Shown piece after piece: positions 14,386 through 29,202 of a stretch of 64,000 bases of DNA. Made by a program: the position numbers and the translations under genes. The stretch lies in NCBI RefSeq assembly GCF_009914755.1, contig NC_060945.1. One strand, given 5' to 3'. The notes under the pieces were generated by a model, which was given only the letters and a program-made list of their open reading frames with translations, was not told the DNA's origin and ran no database searches. Position 1 is the first letter of the stretch. Each line of letters begins with the position of its first letter. The DNA comes from the human T2T-CHM13v2.0 reference genome, Homo sapiens.

Positions 14386-17300
14386 GGCTCTCATTGGCTA
14401 CTCTGCTTCCTTTGGCCATGCAGATTATCACATACTTATGGCCTGAAAGAATTACCTTTTCAAGAATTACCTTTTGGTTTGGTTTTCTGGGAAGTTCAGT
14501 TTATGGAGAATACGTTTTAAATATTAGAGTTTGTGTCAGCAAATATGTTTTTGTTTATTGTGATAACACAATGTGGGACAAAGCAATACTTACGTCCCTT
14601 ACTTTAAATATATGTACATATGCCATTAGTCATGTATACTGAATTATTTGTGTATATTTAAAACAAAGACATATAAGCATTCTCTTCATCGCAAATTAGA
14701 TCAGAAATCCTCCAGAGGTACCCAGATACAAATGCTGTCCCCACAAAGTCCACGAAGCCTCTCCCCTCCACAGCACTCTGTGGAAGCCCCTCTGCTTTGA
14801 CTCACTCCTGGACAGCCCCTCCGCCCTCTGTCCACGCAGCTTTGCCCTGACACTGTGTCATTTCACTCCTACCTGCTGCCACTGCATACCTCGTGGGGCC
14901 CTCCCTCCGTGCTTGTCATCCCTAGCCTTCCTTCAATATGGCTTCTAGCACCACAATGCTACTGGTTCTGCTTTCTTCAAGGAGCCCAGACATCTGGACA
15001 CTGGCTCTCGGGGCCTCTACTCAGTCCTCAGCCTCTTGGTCTTGTTTTCTGCTCCTTTTCCAGGCTCTCCCTTCACCAAGCAACTCCGAACCCCTCAGCA
15101 ACTCTGCCTTCCCTTTCTATAGGCCAGGGGGAGTGTGCGGCGGCTCAGCCCCTCTATTCACTGCCACCCTCATGCTCTACCCTGAAGATGGAATCAATTC
15201 TGCTTCATATCATAGCTCAAAATAGAGCTCTCTCAGATTCACATTTTGAGTCTGTTTCTCTCCTGAAAAGCTCTCACCTTTCTGAGTCCAAACCCAACAA
15301 GGCAATGTGAGGAGTGTGAACAGAGGGACACGGTGATGAGGATGCCCAGGGTTGAGGCCAGAGGAGGTCAGATCATGGACCCTGACCAGAGCCCCTTCCG
15401 GTTTTCAGTGGGGATGTCAGTGGTGTAATCCGACTGTGAAAGATCAGTCTAACAAAACAGCGGGGAGAGAGAGGGCTGAATCAGAGCGACTAGGTCCAAA
15501 GCCGAGGGAACCACCAACAGATCCCCTGGTGACCCAACAAGAAATGCTCACAGTCTGGACCCAATCAGAGTCTGCAGGACACAGCAGACATTCTGGAAGT
15601 TACAACAGCCAGGAGCAAGAGGACGCATGGCCTGACTGGACCTCCACAGTGGGAGTGAAGGGAAAGGCCAGGCTTGGGGGAGGAGAGGGGATACCATCAG
15701 CCAGGATGTGCAAGAGAGAACACAGGGCGAGCCCCAGGGGAAACACGACATGTCCAGCTCTGGGAGTCACGAGGTGGCTGTGGGAGGTCCATGTGAAGGA
15801 AAGGCACAGGCACTGGATGTGCTAGCCCAGCGCTTGGGAGAAAGACTTGGGCTTGAGTTAGATACTTCAGTGCCACTGTAATAAAGAAAGCAGTGACAGT
15901 CATAGGTGTAGACGTGACTGCCCGGAGAACATGTAAGCTTGGAGAAGTGGCCTGCTGTGGACAGGACCCTGGGGCAAGACGCACCCTCAGGAAAGCAGGT
16001 GAGGGAGAAACAGAGGTGTGAAGTGCAGCAGAGAGGGAGCATGTGAAGTTGCCCACATTTCCTACATCCAGCACAAGCGCACACAGGGAAGGCCCACTAC
16101 AAAGCCAGTGGACAGAACTCCCTAGGGCTTCAGCAGCAACGCCTCCTCTCCAGCTGCTCCCTGGCACTCAGGTGTCCGAGAGGACAAGGACGAGTGCTGC
16201 TGAGCTCTCTCCTCTCTGTTGGAAAACTAACCAATGATGTCTGGCAAAAATGACAGCTGCAGATGCTGCCTTTTCCAACGAGCTGTCTTCAGAGTCAGAG
16301 CCCTCTGAAACACACACACATTTTCCTGTATTTGACAGTTTAGCAAAGTGAAAAAGTTCCAATCTTTGGGGCTTAGATGTTCTTGGTATCTTTGACTTTT
16401 CTTCTCTATGCTATAAAACTTTTGGATTACACCCAAATCAATTCTACTTTCACAATGCTAAACAATGACAAAACACACTAAGATTGGAGTATAGCAATGA
16501 ACAGTCATTAAATCTGTGAGAGTGAGAAGTTTCCCTTGTTCTACAACACTAGCGGTGCACCTGGTCCTTACGAGGCTCTAAGTGTTTGGTGAATACATGA
16601 ATGAGCCCATGAGTGAGTGAATGAAAGAACGTGTGTGTCCCCAGCTGTCCGCTGCCACGGCTCTGCATGGGTAAGCCAAGCATGGTGCTCTGGAATCAGA
16701 AAAAGCAGGGTTTGATCCTGGCTCCCCTGTCTACTAGCTCTTTGACCACAGAAGAGCCACCTTTCTAATGCTGCTGCCCAGTGTGACGGGGGGCTGACGC
16801 TGCCCACTTCCCATTGCAGCTGTACTGCCGAGCCAGCTGTGTGGTGGGCCCATGGCGGGGTGTTCCATTCACAGAGCTACAGGGACAGCCTAGAGGAGCC
16901 CAAGGCTCCCCTTGAGAACTGTCAACAATGCTACCATCTCAGAGTGAAACTAGGAAAACCCACAGACTTAGAATGTACATAATTAGAAATCTTGGAAAAT
17001 AAATTAGAAATCCAACCAGTAACATATGAAGAGTCCTGAATTACCCAAAACTCTAATCAAAATGACCCTGCTGTAATCTTCAGAAGGCCAGACCAAAACA
17101 CCTTCGTTCATGTGATAAATGCAGATCAAACACTGCTGCTTCCCCAGCTCTGGGTCACAACTGAGCACAGGGCAATGACCAGGACTTGGTCTCTGCCTTC
17201 TCCCTCACAGGGGACAGACAAACTGTGCTGGTGGCGTCCTGGGGGGAAGGCCCTGTGAAATGAAGGGGCACCTGGCAGTCTGGGGGAGGGTGTGGAGGAC

Positions 17301-17884
17301 AGCACAGGAAGGGGTCATCAGTAGAGCTGGCACTGTGCTGGGGGAGGGTGACACCTGGGCATCTCGGGGCTCATCTGCATCCAGCTCCCCACTTCCTTCC
17401 ACTTTGCTCGATTCCCAACCTTTCGGGGCAACCTCGTGATGAGTAGTTTCGTTTGCTAAGTCGTTGGAAACTAGGAAGAAGTCATCTTGTCTGCATGGGA
17501 CAAGAGCATCCCAGTCACTAGTGAAGACAGCCTCGAGGCCAAGCCATCGACGGGCTTCTGCTCCATGAGCCTCTGTGAGTGAGCAGGGCCCGAGGCAGCC
17601 TTTCATGACCAAGACCACTGTGGCGCTCTCACAGGGGGAGGAGGCCAGACCACAGGCCCAGCAGGATCTCTTACCAGACTGCCAGCATCCTGCCTTCCCC
17701 TGGAAAACAGCACAGCTACATCATCTCGCCCTTTCAACCTACAACTATTCAATTTAGCACTTAAATTTGAAACAATAAAAAAATCAGTCAGTTGCCATGC
17801 ACTGGCTGACTCCTCTGAAGACATCAGCAAATCTACACGTTGGGTGATTATCTTGGGAGCAATGGTTCCTAAACCTTTTTTTGA

Positions 17885-18200
<316 letters not shown>

Positions 18201-19380
18201 CTAAGCACTTTTTCAATTCTGGTAAAAGCTGTGGCCTAGTCCTCCCCGACCCCAACATCCACGACGCACACTGAGACCACAGGGCACACAGGGCCGCCCT
18301 CCATGGGGAGCAGCTGTCCTCGAGGCTGATCTTGCTTTTCCTTCCTCTGAGACGGCTTCCTCTCGGCTCAGCCTCCTTGGGACGGGGGTGCCGTCAACCC
18401 AGCTGCTTCCTCTTCTCTCCCGATGAAGGGATGGCTCAAAAGTGCCAGCAGCACGAGCCATGGCAGACACACAGCTCAGGGCCTCAGGCTCTGCTTCCTT
18501 CCACTCCCAGGCCTGACAGAACCCACAGGGCTCACCGCATGCGCACAGGCAACCAGGGCACAGGAGCAGCAGGGCCTTCCCTCCCCTCCTGCTGCTCACG
18601 CAGCTCCTGCTGTGCTTTTCAGGCAGCTCCTTCATGTCTTATTCCCATTTTAAGAAATGGAACTCAAAATGTTTGGACCTCCGGGATTTGGAATTCCTCA
18701 AATGTTACAGGATATTTATATCACAGTTCTGATAACAGGTGCACTAAGTCAGCCACAAAAGTTACAGAATATGAAAACACGACGCTCCACTGGGCTGCAT
18801 GAGCATGCTCGCCTTTCGAGGTGACGCAGCCTCATCCCTTCATGCTGAAAGGGCAATTTATTTTGAAGCCTGCACATCTCCGTGGAAAAATTCATAAACC
18901 TGTCACAGAGAATTACACCCGCCACCTAAGCTTTCAGACTCCCTTTAAAAACTTGAGAAGACACTGTAGCTCTTCAATTGCAAGAAGTGGGGAGCTGATA
19001 CCTAACACTGTGGGACAAACTGCCGGCCTGATTCTTTCCAGAAGGAGAGGATGATAAAAATAACTTACACTTGACTAGCAATTCACCACTTACAAACTAC
19101 TTTCACACATATTACTGCATTTTTACTTTGGGAGGAAAGTCTTTAGCCCAAAAGAAAATGAAACACACTACTGTTGAGTAATCCTGCCAAATAAATAGGA
19201 AGTGCATCTTAACAAACCCAGCTGGACAACAGCGTGAGCTAATGTTAGGATCCCACTATAGACTAAAAAACTCCTAAAGGTAGCTTTCTTCCTATTTATA
19301 GTTAAAAGAATAGCCAAGATTAGTGCACACTAAAAGACAGTGGTAAGTGCTAAGGATATTTAAAATATCATTCAAAAGTC

Positions 19381-19775
<395 letters not shown>

Positions 19776-21193
19776 CTAAGTGGAAAATAAGTCAATGGTT
19801 TCCTATTTGTTTTGTGAGTTCCTAATTGTCTGCAAGCCTTAAACTTGTCTATAAACCATGAATTTAAGTCATTTCCACCTCTTACTAGTCATTACTAGTG
19901 GTTACACAGAGCCTCTACACTACTAAGCCTCAGTGTCCCCACATATAAACTATGTCTGGCATAAAGATTACACCAAATCCCATAAGGAAAGGCTCTAGTC
20001 CAGCAGCTGTCACATAGTAAATGCACAAGTCAACGTGCTATATTCACGTTTGCTTCCATTGCTGTTCATGACAAAGGCGCCAGTCATGTACAGTCTACAC
20101 AACACTATATAGAAGGCAACCCTCCACTACCACATCACATTGATGAAAAGCTTGCCTTGGTAACACTAAGCATTTTAAAGGATGACACAGTTATAATCTT
20201 CTGTATTCCTACAAATACGCTGCAAAATCTTGAAAAATTAAATTTGTCTAAAGGTCTTAAAACATGCAAAGTGAAGTGAAACATGGCGAATTTCAGTTTT
20301 TAAAAACTTTCACTGAACATTATTTGAAGCCAAATTAATGCTTTAGTTATGCTCACAGACATCCTCAATTCCCAATTTCACTTATTATTAATAACAGCTA
20401 TCATTATTAAAGAAATTATTCAGCTAAACCATGTGAAATTGTCATTTTCATTGGTCTAAAGTGGATAAACACTGGCAATTTCATGTGGTTCAACCTAAGC
20501 CTATCACCAGTGCCTGTGCTGGGTACTCTATGTAGGTCAACGAATTTAATTCTCGTAATTGCTCTGAAGTGATGTCAGCGACACCATTCTTCAGGTGGTC
20601 AAGGAGCTTGCCCCAAACCCACAGCTGACATGCAGGTTGGCACTCCACCACCCCATCCCTCGACCTCCACTTCTCAACCACATGCAGGGGGCTCTGTTCA
20701 CCTCTTTATTTGCATTTGGTGTCTTCACATTTTAAGAAAACCAAAGCAAGTAAGTTGGTGCTGGCAGGATATGTTTTTAAGAAAATGAAGATGTTACCTC
20801 CAATTATCACGCCTTCTTTATTTCCCTTTATTCTGCATATCAATAAATCTGGAATTGACTTAGGACACTTAGTGACTGTATTACTACAGAAACAGTCAAA
20901 ATACTTCAACTGGAAGTACAAAATACTTCAGCTAAAAGTACAAAACTTCAGCTCAAAGTGGCTTAAACGTAATCACATTTATTATTTCTTAAAACGAGAA
21001 GTCCAGGGCTGGATCCAATGTCTCAATTATGTTATGGAAGGCCTGGGTTATTTTCTCTGCCTGCCCCAACAGCATCAACTGTAAGGCTGGCATTCGGGGC
21101 CACAGGCTTCCTCATTCAACTCCAGTGAAGAAGTCTCTCCCCCATCCCTTGGATCTGGATGTAGCTACTCAGGTCATGTGCCCACCTCTGGAC

Positions 21194-21662
21194 TGTCAGG
21201 CCTCTGAGCCCAAGCTAAGCCATCATATCCCCTGTGACCTGCACGTATACACCCAGATGGCCTGAAGCAACTGAAGATCCACAAAAGAAGTGAAAATAGC
21301 CAGGTCCTGCCTTAGCTGATGACATTCCACCATTGTGATCTGTTCCTGCCCCACCCTAACTGATCAACTGACCTTATGACAATACACCCTCCCTGCCCTT
21401 GCGATAATGGACTCTGTGATATTCCCCTGCCCTTAAGAAGGTACTTCATAATATTCTCCCCGCCCTTGAGAATGTACTTTGTGAGATCTACTCCCTGCCC
21501 ACAAAAAATTGCTTCTAACTCCACCGCCTATCCCAAACCTATAAGAACTAATGATAATCCCACCACCCTTTGCTGACTCCTTTTTTGGACTCGGCCTGCC
21601 TGCACCTTGTTGCTCACACAAAGCCTGTTTGGTGGACTCTCTTCACACGAACGTGCGTCACA
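21194..21662 (+). mobile_element. HERV-H solo LTR (LTR7 family, B/C-like), inserted in an older MLT1-like fragment
   Basis: Starts tgtcaggcctctgagcccaagctaagccatc and ends in ca; 5-bp TSD TGGAC at 21189-21193 and 21663-21667. Confidence 0.9.
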
Positions 21663-24647
21663 TGGACCATGCACTGTTGGCAGAAGGATGCCCTGCACTG
21701 ACCACCTTATGCCTTGAGCCCTAAACCCATCACCGGCACACAGTAAGATGGCTAGGGCTGGCTCAGACCATCCATTTTCAACCCTGTCTCACATTAGGAT
21801 CCTTCAGAGAGACTTACAAATCCTGATGCCTGGGCCCTGCTCCATACTCCTGCCCAATTAATACAATCTCTAGGGATGAGATTCCCTAGAGATGTGTGTG
21901 TGTGTGTGCATTCTCTTTTTTTCTCTCTCTCTATGAAACTCCCTTCTCTTTCCCTGAGTCATATGATCCACGAAAGGGAGGATGGAGCCCGGAATAAAGT
22001 TGGGGTTCTGTTAGAAATGAAGAAAGGGAAAAAGGGTGCAGAACAAGCCATCCATGGTGTCCATTCTACACAGACACAACCAAATCAATCATGAAGAAAG
22101 GCAACATAGGTCCTTCTCCATGCTGCGACGAGCTCGGCACTGTACCACCCTCATCGCTCTCTCATGGATGGCTCTGTGTTGCACAACACACAGGTGATAA
22201 CCTTAGCATGCTGTCACTGACACAACTATAAGAAAGCCTCTGAAGGGTCCTACAGCCCCACAGAATGTAAGCAGAGGTCTCCTACACAGCCTCCCAGGTT
22301 AGATGGGGCTAGGGCGCCTACCCTGTGCTGTTTCTGGGCTGAAGCTGTGTGGCTGTCCAGGGCCATGGCTGTCTGCTCCACCCAGGTCTCTGTGGCCTGG
22401 CAGGGCACTCTGGCTTAGGAGGGGCATGAGCCAGAAGAGAAGACTAGTTGTGTACCTTCCAGCCCGGCCAGGACCGCCTCTGGGATGTCAGGACTTTGAC
22501 AGGGCCCAGGATGTCCAAGTTTTTCTTAACAATTTCAGCACTTACACAAATGGTATATTTGTATCCAAGAAACATAACCCACAAATATTTGACAAATGCT
22601 AACTCCCCAATTTTCATCTCCTAAAGGGTTTCTTTTGACATCTGAATAGAAAGGGTTTCCAAGACATTATGTAACTAAGATTGTCATCAGTTGACTGTAT
22701 GCACAGCTGGGAGGCTTACAAATCATATGGAAGATTTCATTAGCTGCGGTTTTCTAATCTCACAACAACAATCCTAAACACCCAGATCCTTCATCAATGA
22801 GTTAATGAAGAACATTCGACGACATCTTTTCTTAAAGAATAATGAAGAATTCATGCAGAGTTATTATAAAAATTATTCCAATATTTGTGGCTTACAGTAA
22901 AACAAACAACAAAAATGGAGCAAGCATTATATTTTAGTAGCCTACTTTGATGCCACAGATGCCACCGTCTAAAGATGAACTGCAGGGGACGGTGAACTCC
23001 TAGCCCAAGAAAATATGAAGAAAGCCACAGTGTATTTTGAAGTAAAATAGTTAATTCTTGTTCTTATTTTTCATTTTAGACTGAAATCCTGAAAATTAGA
23101 ATCTGATTACCCTTAATACAGACACACAAAACTCTCCTTTCACCAACAAATCCCCAAAGCAGCATCAACCTTACTACCCGCCCCTCTTTCTTCTCTGCTC
23201 ATTCCTCCTAAGCCACCCTTGTGCCTGACCCTGTGCTCTATGGGAACCTTTTCAGAGTTCATCAATAACTCTCTGTTGCCAAATGCTTCTCTTCACTCTT
23301 GTTTTCTTTGAGTTCCGACTCTAACAGCCATTGTATTCTTCTCAAAGAAATGGTTTCTGTCCCTCTTTTTAAAATGTATAAAGCATTTCCAATTGCTGTT
23401 CCACTCAATTCTCACAGCCACCCTGTTCCAAACAGACAGGAACAGTGTTTATATCTCTATTTTGTGGATGACAGAATATCATGGAAGTGAAGGGACTCAC
23501 CCAGAATCACAAACCAGAATACAGGAGGAGAGGGGCCAGCCTGCTTTCTGATGCCTCGACCTGTCTCCTAGCTCAGGGCTCTCATGAGCCCTACATCCCT
23601 CTGCTCAGGCCTCTCGGCCAGCCTCCCCGTGTCATGTTCCCTACACTGCCAGTCTTTCTGTTTGTCACCTTTTTCAGAATGACTCCCAAACCCATGTCAC
23701 TAGCAAGTTTCTTGTGAACTCTAAGCTTCTTGTCTCCAACTACTTCTTGGACATTTCCATTTGGATTTTTTTTACTATGTCAGACTGACCATGTCACACA
23801 CCAAATTCATCTTCATGTAAACTCACTCCCCTTTCTCAATGTGCCTATGAGTTAATTGTATCCTGACCAGACTACACTAAAGTTTCTATTGCGCTCAGCT
23901 TGTCAGACTGGACATATGCAGGCCAAATGTTTTTTGACATCCTTTGACGTACGAAGTGGCCATTTGACCACTCAATTATATCAACAGTGAAAAATCAAAC
24001 ATTTACATTATGTTTCTTGTTAAAGTTATCATGTAAGCATTGATTAATCAAAGAAAACAGTCCCAGCATTCTCTTGTGGAAAGGCTGACACCTTTGTTCT
24101 ATTGGACATTCTGAAGGAGAAGTTTCAAGTCAATAATGTTTGAGACATTTTTTAAAAGATAAAAACCACATTTTGTAGTAGCTCACGTTATTAGCCCCGT
24201 GTTTACACTAAAAGGCTCAACACTGGGCTAACGCAAAACTATCAAGAGAAACACTTGACCAACATAATAAAACATTCACATGTAAAATTCTTTGTCGGTG
24301 AAGATCTTAAATATTTTGCTTTTCTATCAAATGGCCATCCACAGCTCACATAATAAAGAAGTTGCTTACTAGAATCATAACATATACAGTATTCTGACAA
24401 TGCCACATATTTGGGTTGAAAAGAATTATGAAGACACATCACTGAATATTCACTAGTTACTAAACCCTCTGGCCTTTCTCTGTGTTACGTGATATAGCCA
24501 AATGCCAGACACTGAAGGGAATCAGATGCCATATCAGAAGGCAACTGGTGCCATGGAAAAGATGTGGAATCAAAGTTGGGGGAGTGGGCACACTGCCCTC
24601 AAGGGAAGGAAGATGATGCTTAAGTTAGCTTAAGAAAGGTAAAAGGC

Positions 24648-24973
<326 letters not shown>

Positions 24974-25359
24974 TTATGAAAGATGCTGGGATAACTCAAA
25001 ATCTGAGGAAAAGCTATACAGCCCACCTGGACAGGGATAAAGCTGACTGCAAGCCATAGGGCTCCTCTGCATCTCAGGTCAGCATTTATGTCTTGGCTTC
25101 AGCAACTGACAACACAGATAAATTTTCTCCAGGTGGCCAGGAACACGGCCACAGGCAGCTCTAGAGTCACATCCAATAGTTTCACGGCCCAAGAAAGGCA
25201 AAAAAAACACTGTTCTTCAGCAGCTGAAGCCAGAAAACTCCTGGAGAAAGACTATGGCCCAGCTCAGAGCACACACCCACCACTAAAATCACTGCTGTGG
25301 CCACAGCCATATAGCTGGCACTGCCAAGTCTCACCTTAGCCAGTGGTCAGAAGGGTCTG

Positions 25360-27791
25360 TGCTGCGGGAGATGAGGGCCTGCTGAGGGAGATGAGGGCCT
25401 GCTGAGGGGCCCTGCTGTGGGGGATGAGGGCCTGCTGTGGGGAATGAGGCCCTGCTGTGGGAGATGAGGGCCTGCCGTGGGGGATGAGGGTCTGCTGTGG
25501 GAGATGAGGGCCTGCTGTGGGGGATGAGGGCCTGCTGTGGGAGATGAGTGCCTGCTGTGGGGGATGAGGGACTGCTGAGTGGCCCTGTTGTGGGGGATGA
25601 GGGCCTGCTGTGGGAGATGAGGGCCTGCTGTGGGAGATGAGGGCCTGCTGTGGGGAATGAGGCCCTGCTGTGGGGGATGAGGGCCTGCTGTGGGGAATGA
25701 GGCCCTGCTGTGGGGGATGAGGGCCTGCTGTGGGAGATGAGGGCCTGCTGTGGGGGATGAGGGCCTGCTGTGGGGGATGAGGGCCTGCTGAGGGAGATGA
25801 GTGCCTGCTGAGGGGGATGAAGGCCTGCTGAGGGGGATGAAGACCTGCTGTGGGAGATAAGGGCCTGTTGCGGGAGATGAGGGCCGGCTGAGGGAGATGA
25901 AGACCTGCTGTGGGGGATGAGGGCCTGGTGAGGGGGATGAGGGCCTGCTGCAGGAGATGAGGGCCTGTTGCGGGAGATGAGTACCTGTTGAGGGAGATGA
26001 GGGCCGGCTGAGGGAGATGAAGGGCCTGCTGAGGGAGATGAAGGGCCTGCTGAGGGAGATGAAGGGCCTGCTGAGGGAGATGAGGACCTGCTGAGGGAGA
26101 TGAGGACCTGCTGAGGGAGATGAAGGCCTGCTGAAGGAGATGAAGGCCTGCTGAGGGAGATGAAGGGCCTGCTGAGGGAGATGAAGGGCCTGCTGAGGGA
26201 GATGAGGACCTGCTGAGGGAGATGAGGACCTGCTGAGGGAGATGAGGACCTGCTGAGGGAGATGAAGGCCTGCTGAAGGAGATGAAGGCCTGCTGAGGGA
26301 GATGAAGGGCCTGCTGAGGGAGATGAAGATCTGCTGTGGGGGATGAGGGCCTGGTGAGGGGGATGAGGGCCTGCTGCGGGAGATGAGTACCTGTTGAGGG
26401 AGATGAGGGCCAGCTGAGGGAGATGAAGGGCCTGCTGAGGGAGATGAAGGGCCTGCTGAGGGAGATGAGGACCTGCTGAGGGAGATGAAGGCCTGCTGAG
26501 GGAGATGAAGGCCTGCTGAGGGAGATGAGGACCTGCTGAGAGAGATGAAGGGCCTGAGGGAGATGAAGGGCCTGCTGAGGGAGATGAGGACCTGCTGAGG
26601 GAGATGAGGACCTGCTGAGGGAGATGAAGGCCTGCTGAAGGAGATGAAGGCCTGCTGAGGGAGATGAAGGGCCTGCTGAGGGAGATGAAGGGCCTGCTGA
26701 GGGAGATGAGGACCTGCTGAGGGAGATGAGGACCTGCTGAGGGAGATGAGGACCTGCTGAGGGAGATGAAGGCCTGCTGAAGGAGATGAAGGCCTGCTGA
26801 GGGAGATGAAGGGCCTGCTGAGGGAGATGAAGACCTGCTGTGGGGGATGAGGGCCTGGTGAGGGGGATGAGGGCCTGCTGCGGGAGATGAGTACCTGTTG
26901 AGGGAGATGAGGGCCAGCTGAGGGAGATGAAGGGCCTGCTGAGGGAGATGAAGGGCCTGCTGAGGGAGATGAGGACCTGCTGAGGGAGATGAAGGCCTGC
27001 TGAGGGAGATGAAGGCCTGCTGAGGGAGATGAGGACCTGCTGAGAGAGATGAAGGGCCTGAGGGAGATGAAGGGCCTGCTGAGGGAGATGAGGACCTGCT
27101 GAGGGAGATGAAGACCTGCTGAGGGAGATGAGGACCTCCTGAGGGAGATGAAGGGACTGCTGAGGGAGATGAAGACCTGCTGAGGGAGATGAAGGACCTG
27201 CTGAGGGAGATGAGGACCTGCTGAGAGAGATGAAGGGCCTGCTGAGGGAGATATGAAAACCTGCTAAGGGAGATGAGGACCTGCCGAGGGAGATGAAGGG
27301 CCTGCTGAGGGAGATGAAGGGCCTGCTGAGGGAGATGAGGACCTGCTGAGAGAGATGAAGGGCCTGCTGAGGGAGATGAGGACCTGCCGAAGGAGATGAA
27401 GGGCCTGCTGAGGGAGATGAAGACCTGCTGAGGGAGATGAAGACCTGCTGAGGGAGATGAAGGGCCTGCTGAGGGAGATGAAGACCTGCTAAGGGAGATG
27501 AGGACCTGCCGAAGGAGATGAAGGGCCTGCTGAGGGAGATGAAGGGCCTGCTGAGGGAGATGAAGACCTGCTAAGGGAGATGAGGACCTGCCGAAGGAGA
27601 TGAAGGGCCTGCTGAGGGAGATGAAGGGCCTGCTGAGGGAGATGAAGACCTGCTAAGGGGGATAAGGACCTGCCGAAGGAGATGAAGGGCCTGCCGAGGG
27701 AGATGAAGGGCCTGCTGAGGGAGATGAGGACCTGCTGAGGGAGATGAAGGGCCTGCTGAGGGACATGAAGACCTGATGAGGGAGATGAGGG
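25360..27791. repeat. Minisatellite/VNTR, ~2.4 kb, 19-21-bp unit CCTGCTG(A/T)GGG(A/G)GATGA(A/G)GG(G), about 120 copies
   Basis: Direct tandem repetition visible; unit variants are interspersed. Confidence 0.97.
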
Positions 27792-27793
27792 AG

Positions 27794-28160
27794 TCCCAAT
27801 ATCTGCAGTCCATGCACTGGAGACTCTGGACAGCCAATGTGTAGTGCCAGTGTGAAAGCCAGCAGGCTCGAGACCCAAGAGCTGGTGTTTCAGTTTGAGT
27901 TCAAAGGCAGGAAAAGGCCCACATCCCAGCTCAAACAGTCAAGGCAGAGATCCCTTTTATTCAGCCTTTTTATTCTGTTGGGGCTCCAACTGACTGGATG
28001 AGAGCCACCCAACTGGCTGAAGGCAATCTGCTGTACTCAGTCTCCTGGTTCAAATGTTAATCTTATCCAGAAACATCCTCATAGACATACCCAGAGTTAA
28101 TGTTTGGCCAAATGTCTGGGCATCTCATGGTCCAATCAAGTTGATATAAAAATTAACTCT
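27794..28160 (-). mobile_element. MLT2-family LTR fragment abutting the VNTR
   Basis: MLT2-like …ggcaatctgctgtactcagtc…aaatgttaatcttatccagaaacatcctc…caagttgatataaaaattaac. Confidence 0.7.
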
Positions 28161-28557
28161 CTTAGGGACCACCTAGGTGGCTTGAATAAAAGCTTCAAAC
28201 CTGCATGAAAACCAGCCTACTAATTCTCAGAAGAGATTTTCCCCCCACTACACTCAATGCCAAAGGTCAAAACAATTTTCCTTAAAAAACTTTCGGATTA
28301 AGCGAGTATCTTCAGTTTACCCCGACACTGCTGGGAAAGACCCTTGGGAGTTTCCTCTCAGGATGCTCACCTGAGGTGGGACCGGGGCTTTGTCTCCTAT
28401 CCCCCACACCCTGGGAGCCATGGAAACTAAAGGACAAGTTTGAAAAATACCCTCAAAGCAAGAAGTTAAGTTCTCTGTTAACCTCTCTGTCCTCCCACTT
28501 TCACTTGACTTTCATGCTCTAGGTATAATTTTATTTAATTATTTATTTATTTATTTA

Positions 28558-28865
<308 letters not shown>

Positions 28866-29035
28866 AAATGTTTTTTTGTGTCTCACTCCGCATTTTGACT
28901 GTTCAGTAAGGAGAGGTGGTCAGGGATTTTTCCATCATACCCCTGGCTCCCAGTTCATGGCCTGGAAGGATGGAACATAGGGAGACCTATAGGAAGCTCT
29001 CAACCCAAGGTGATGGTGGCTCAAAACTGGGTGGG

Positions 29036-29202
29036 AAAATTAGCTGGGCGTGGTGATGGGCGCCTGTAATCCCAGCTACTGGGAGGCTGAGACAGGGGAA
29101 TCGCTTGAACCCAGGAGGCAGAGGGTTGCAATGAGCCAAGACTGTGCCACTGCACTCCAGCCTGGGCAACTGACCAAGACTCTGTCTCAAAAAAAAAAAA
29201 AA
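29036..29202 (+). mobile_element. 5'-truncated Alu (right arm) inside an L2 fragment (~28900-29545, minus)
   Basis: Right monomer plus A tail; ggtggga on both flanks; L2-like flanking sequence. Confidence 0.8.

Noticed and set aside
25360-27791. PRDM9 13-mer match in the VNTR unit
   Set aside because: The C-rich strand (CCTCATCCCCCAC) fails fixed positions of CCNCCNTNNCCNC.
27489-27878. ORFs with repeated LHLPQQA / SSPSAGP peptides
   Set aside because: Translation of the minisatellite; no independent sign of coding.
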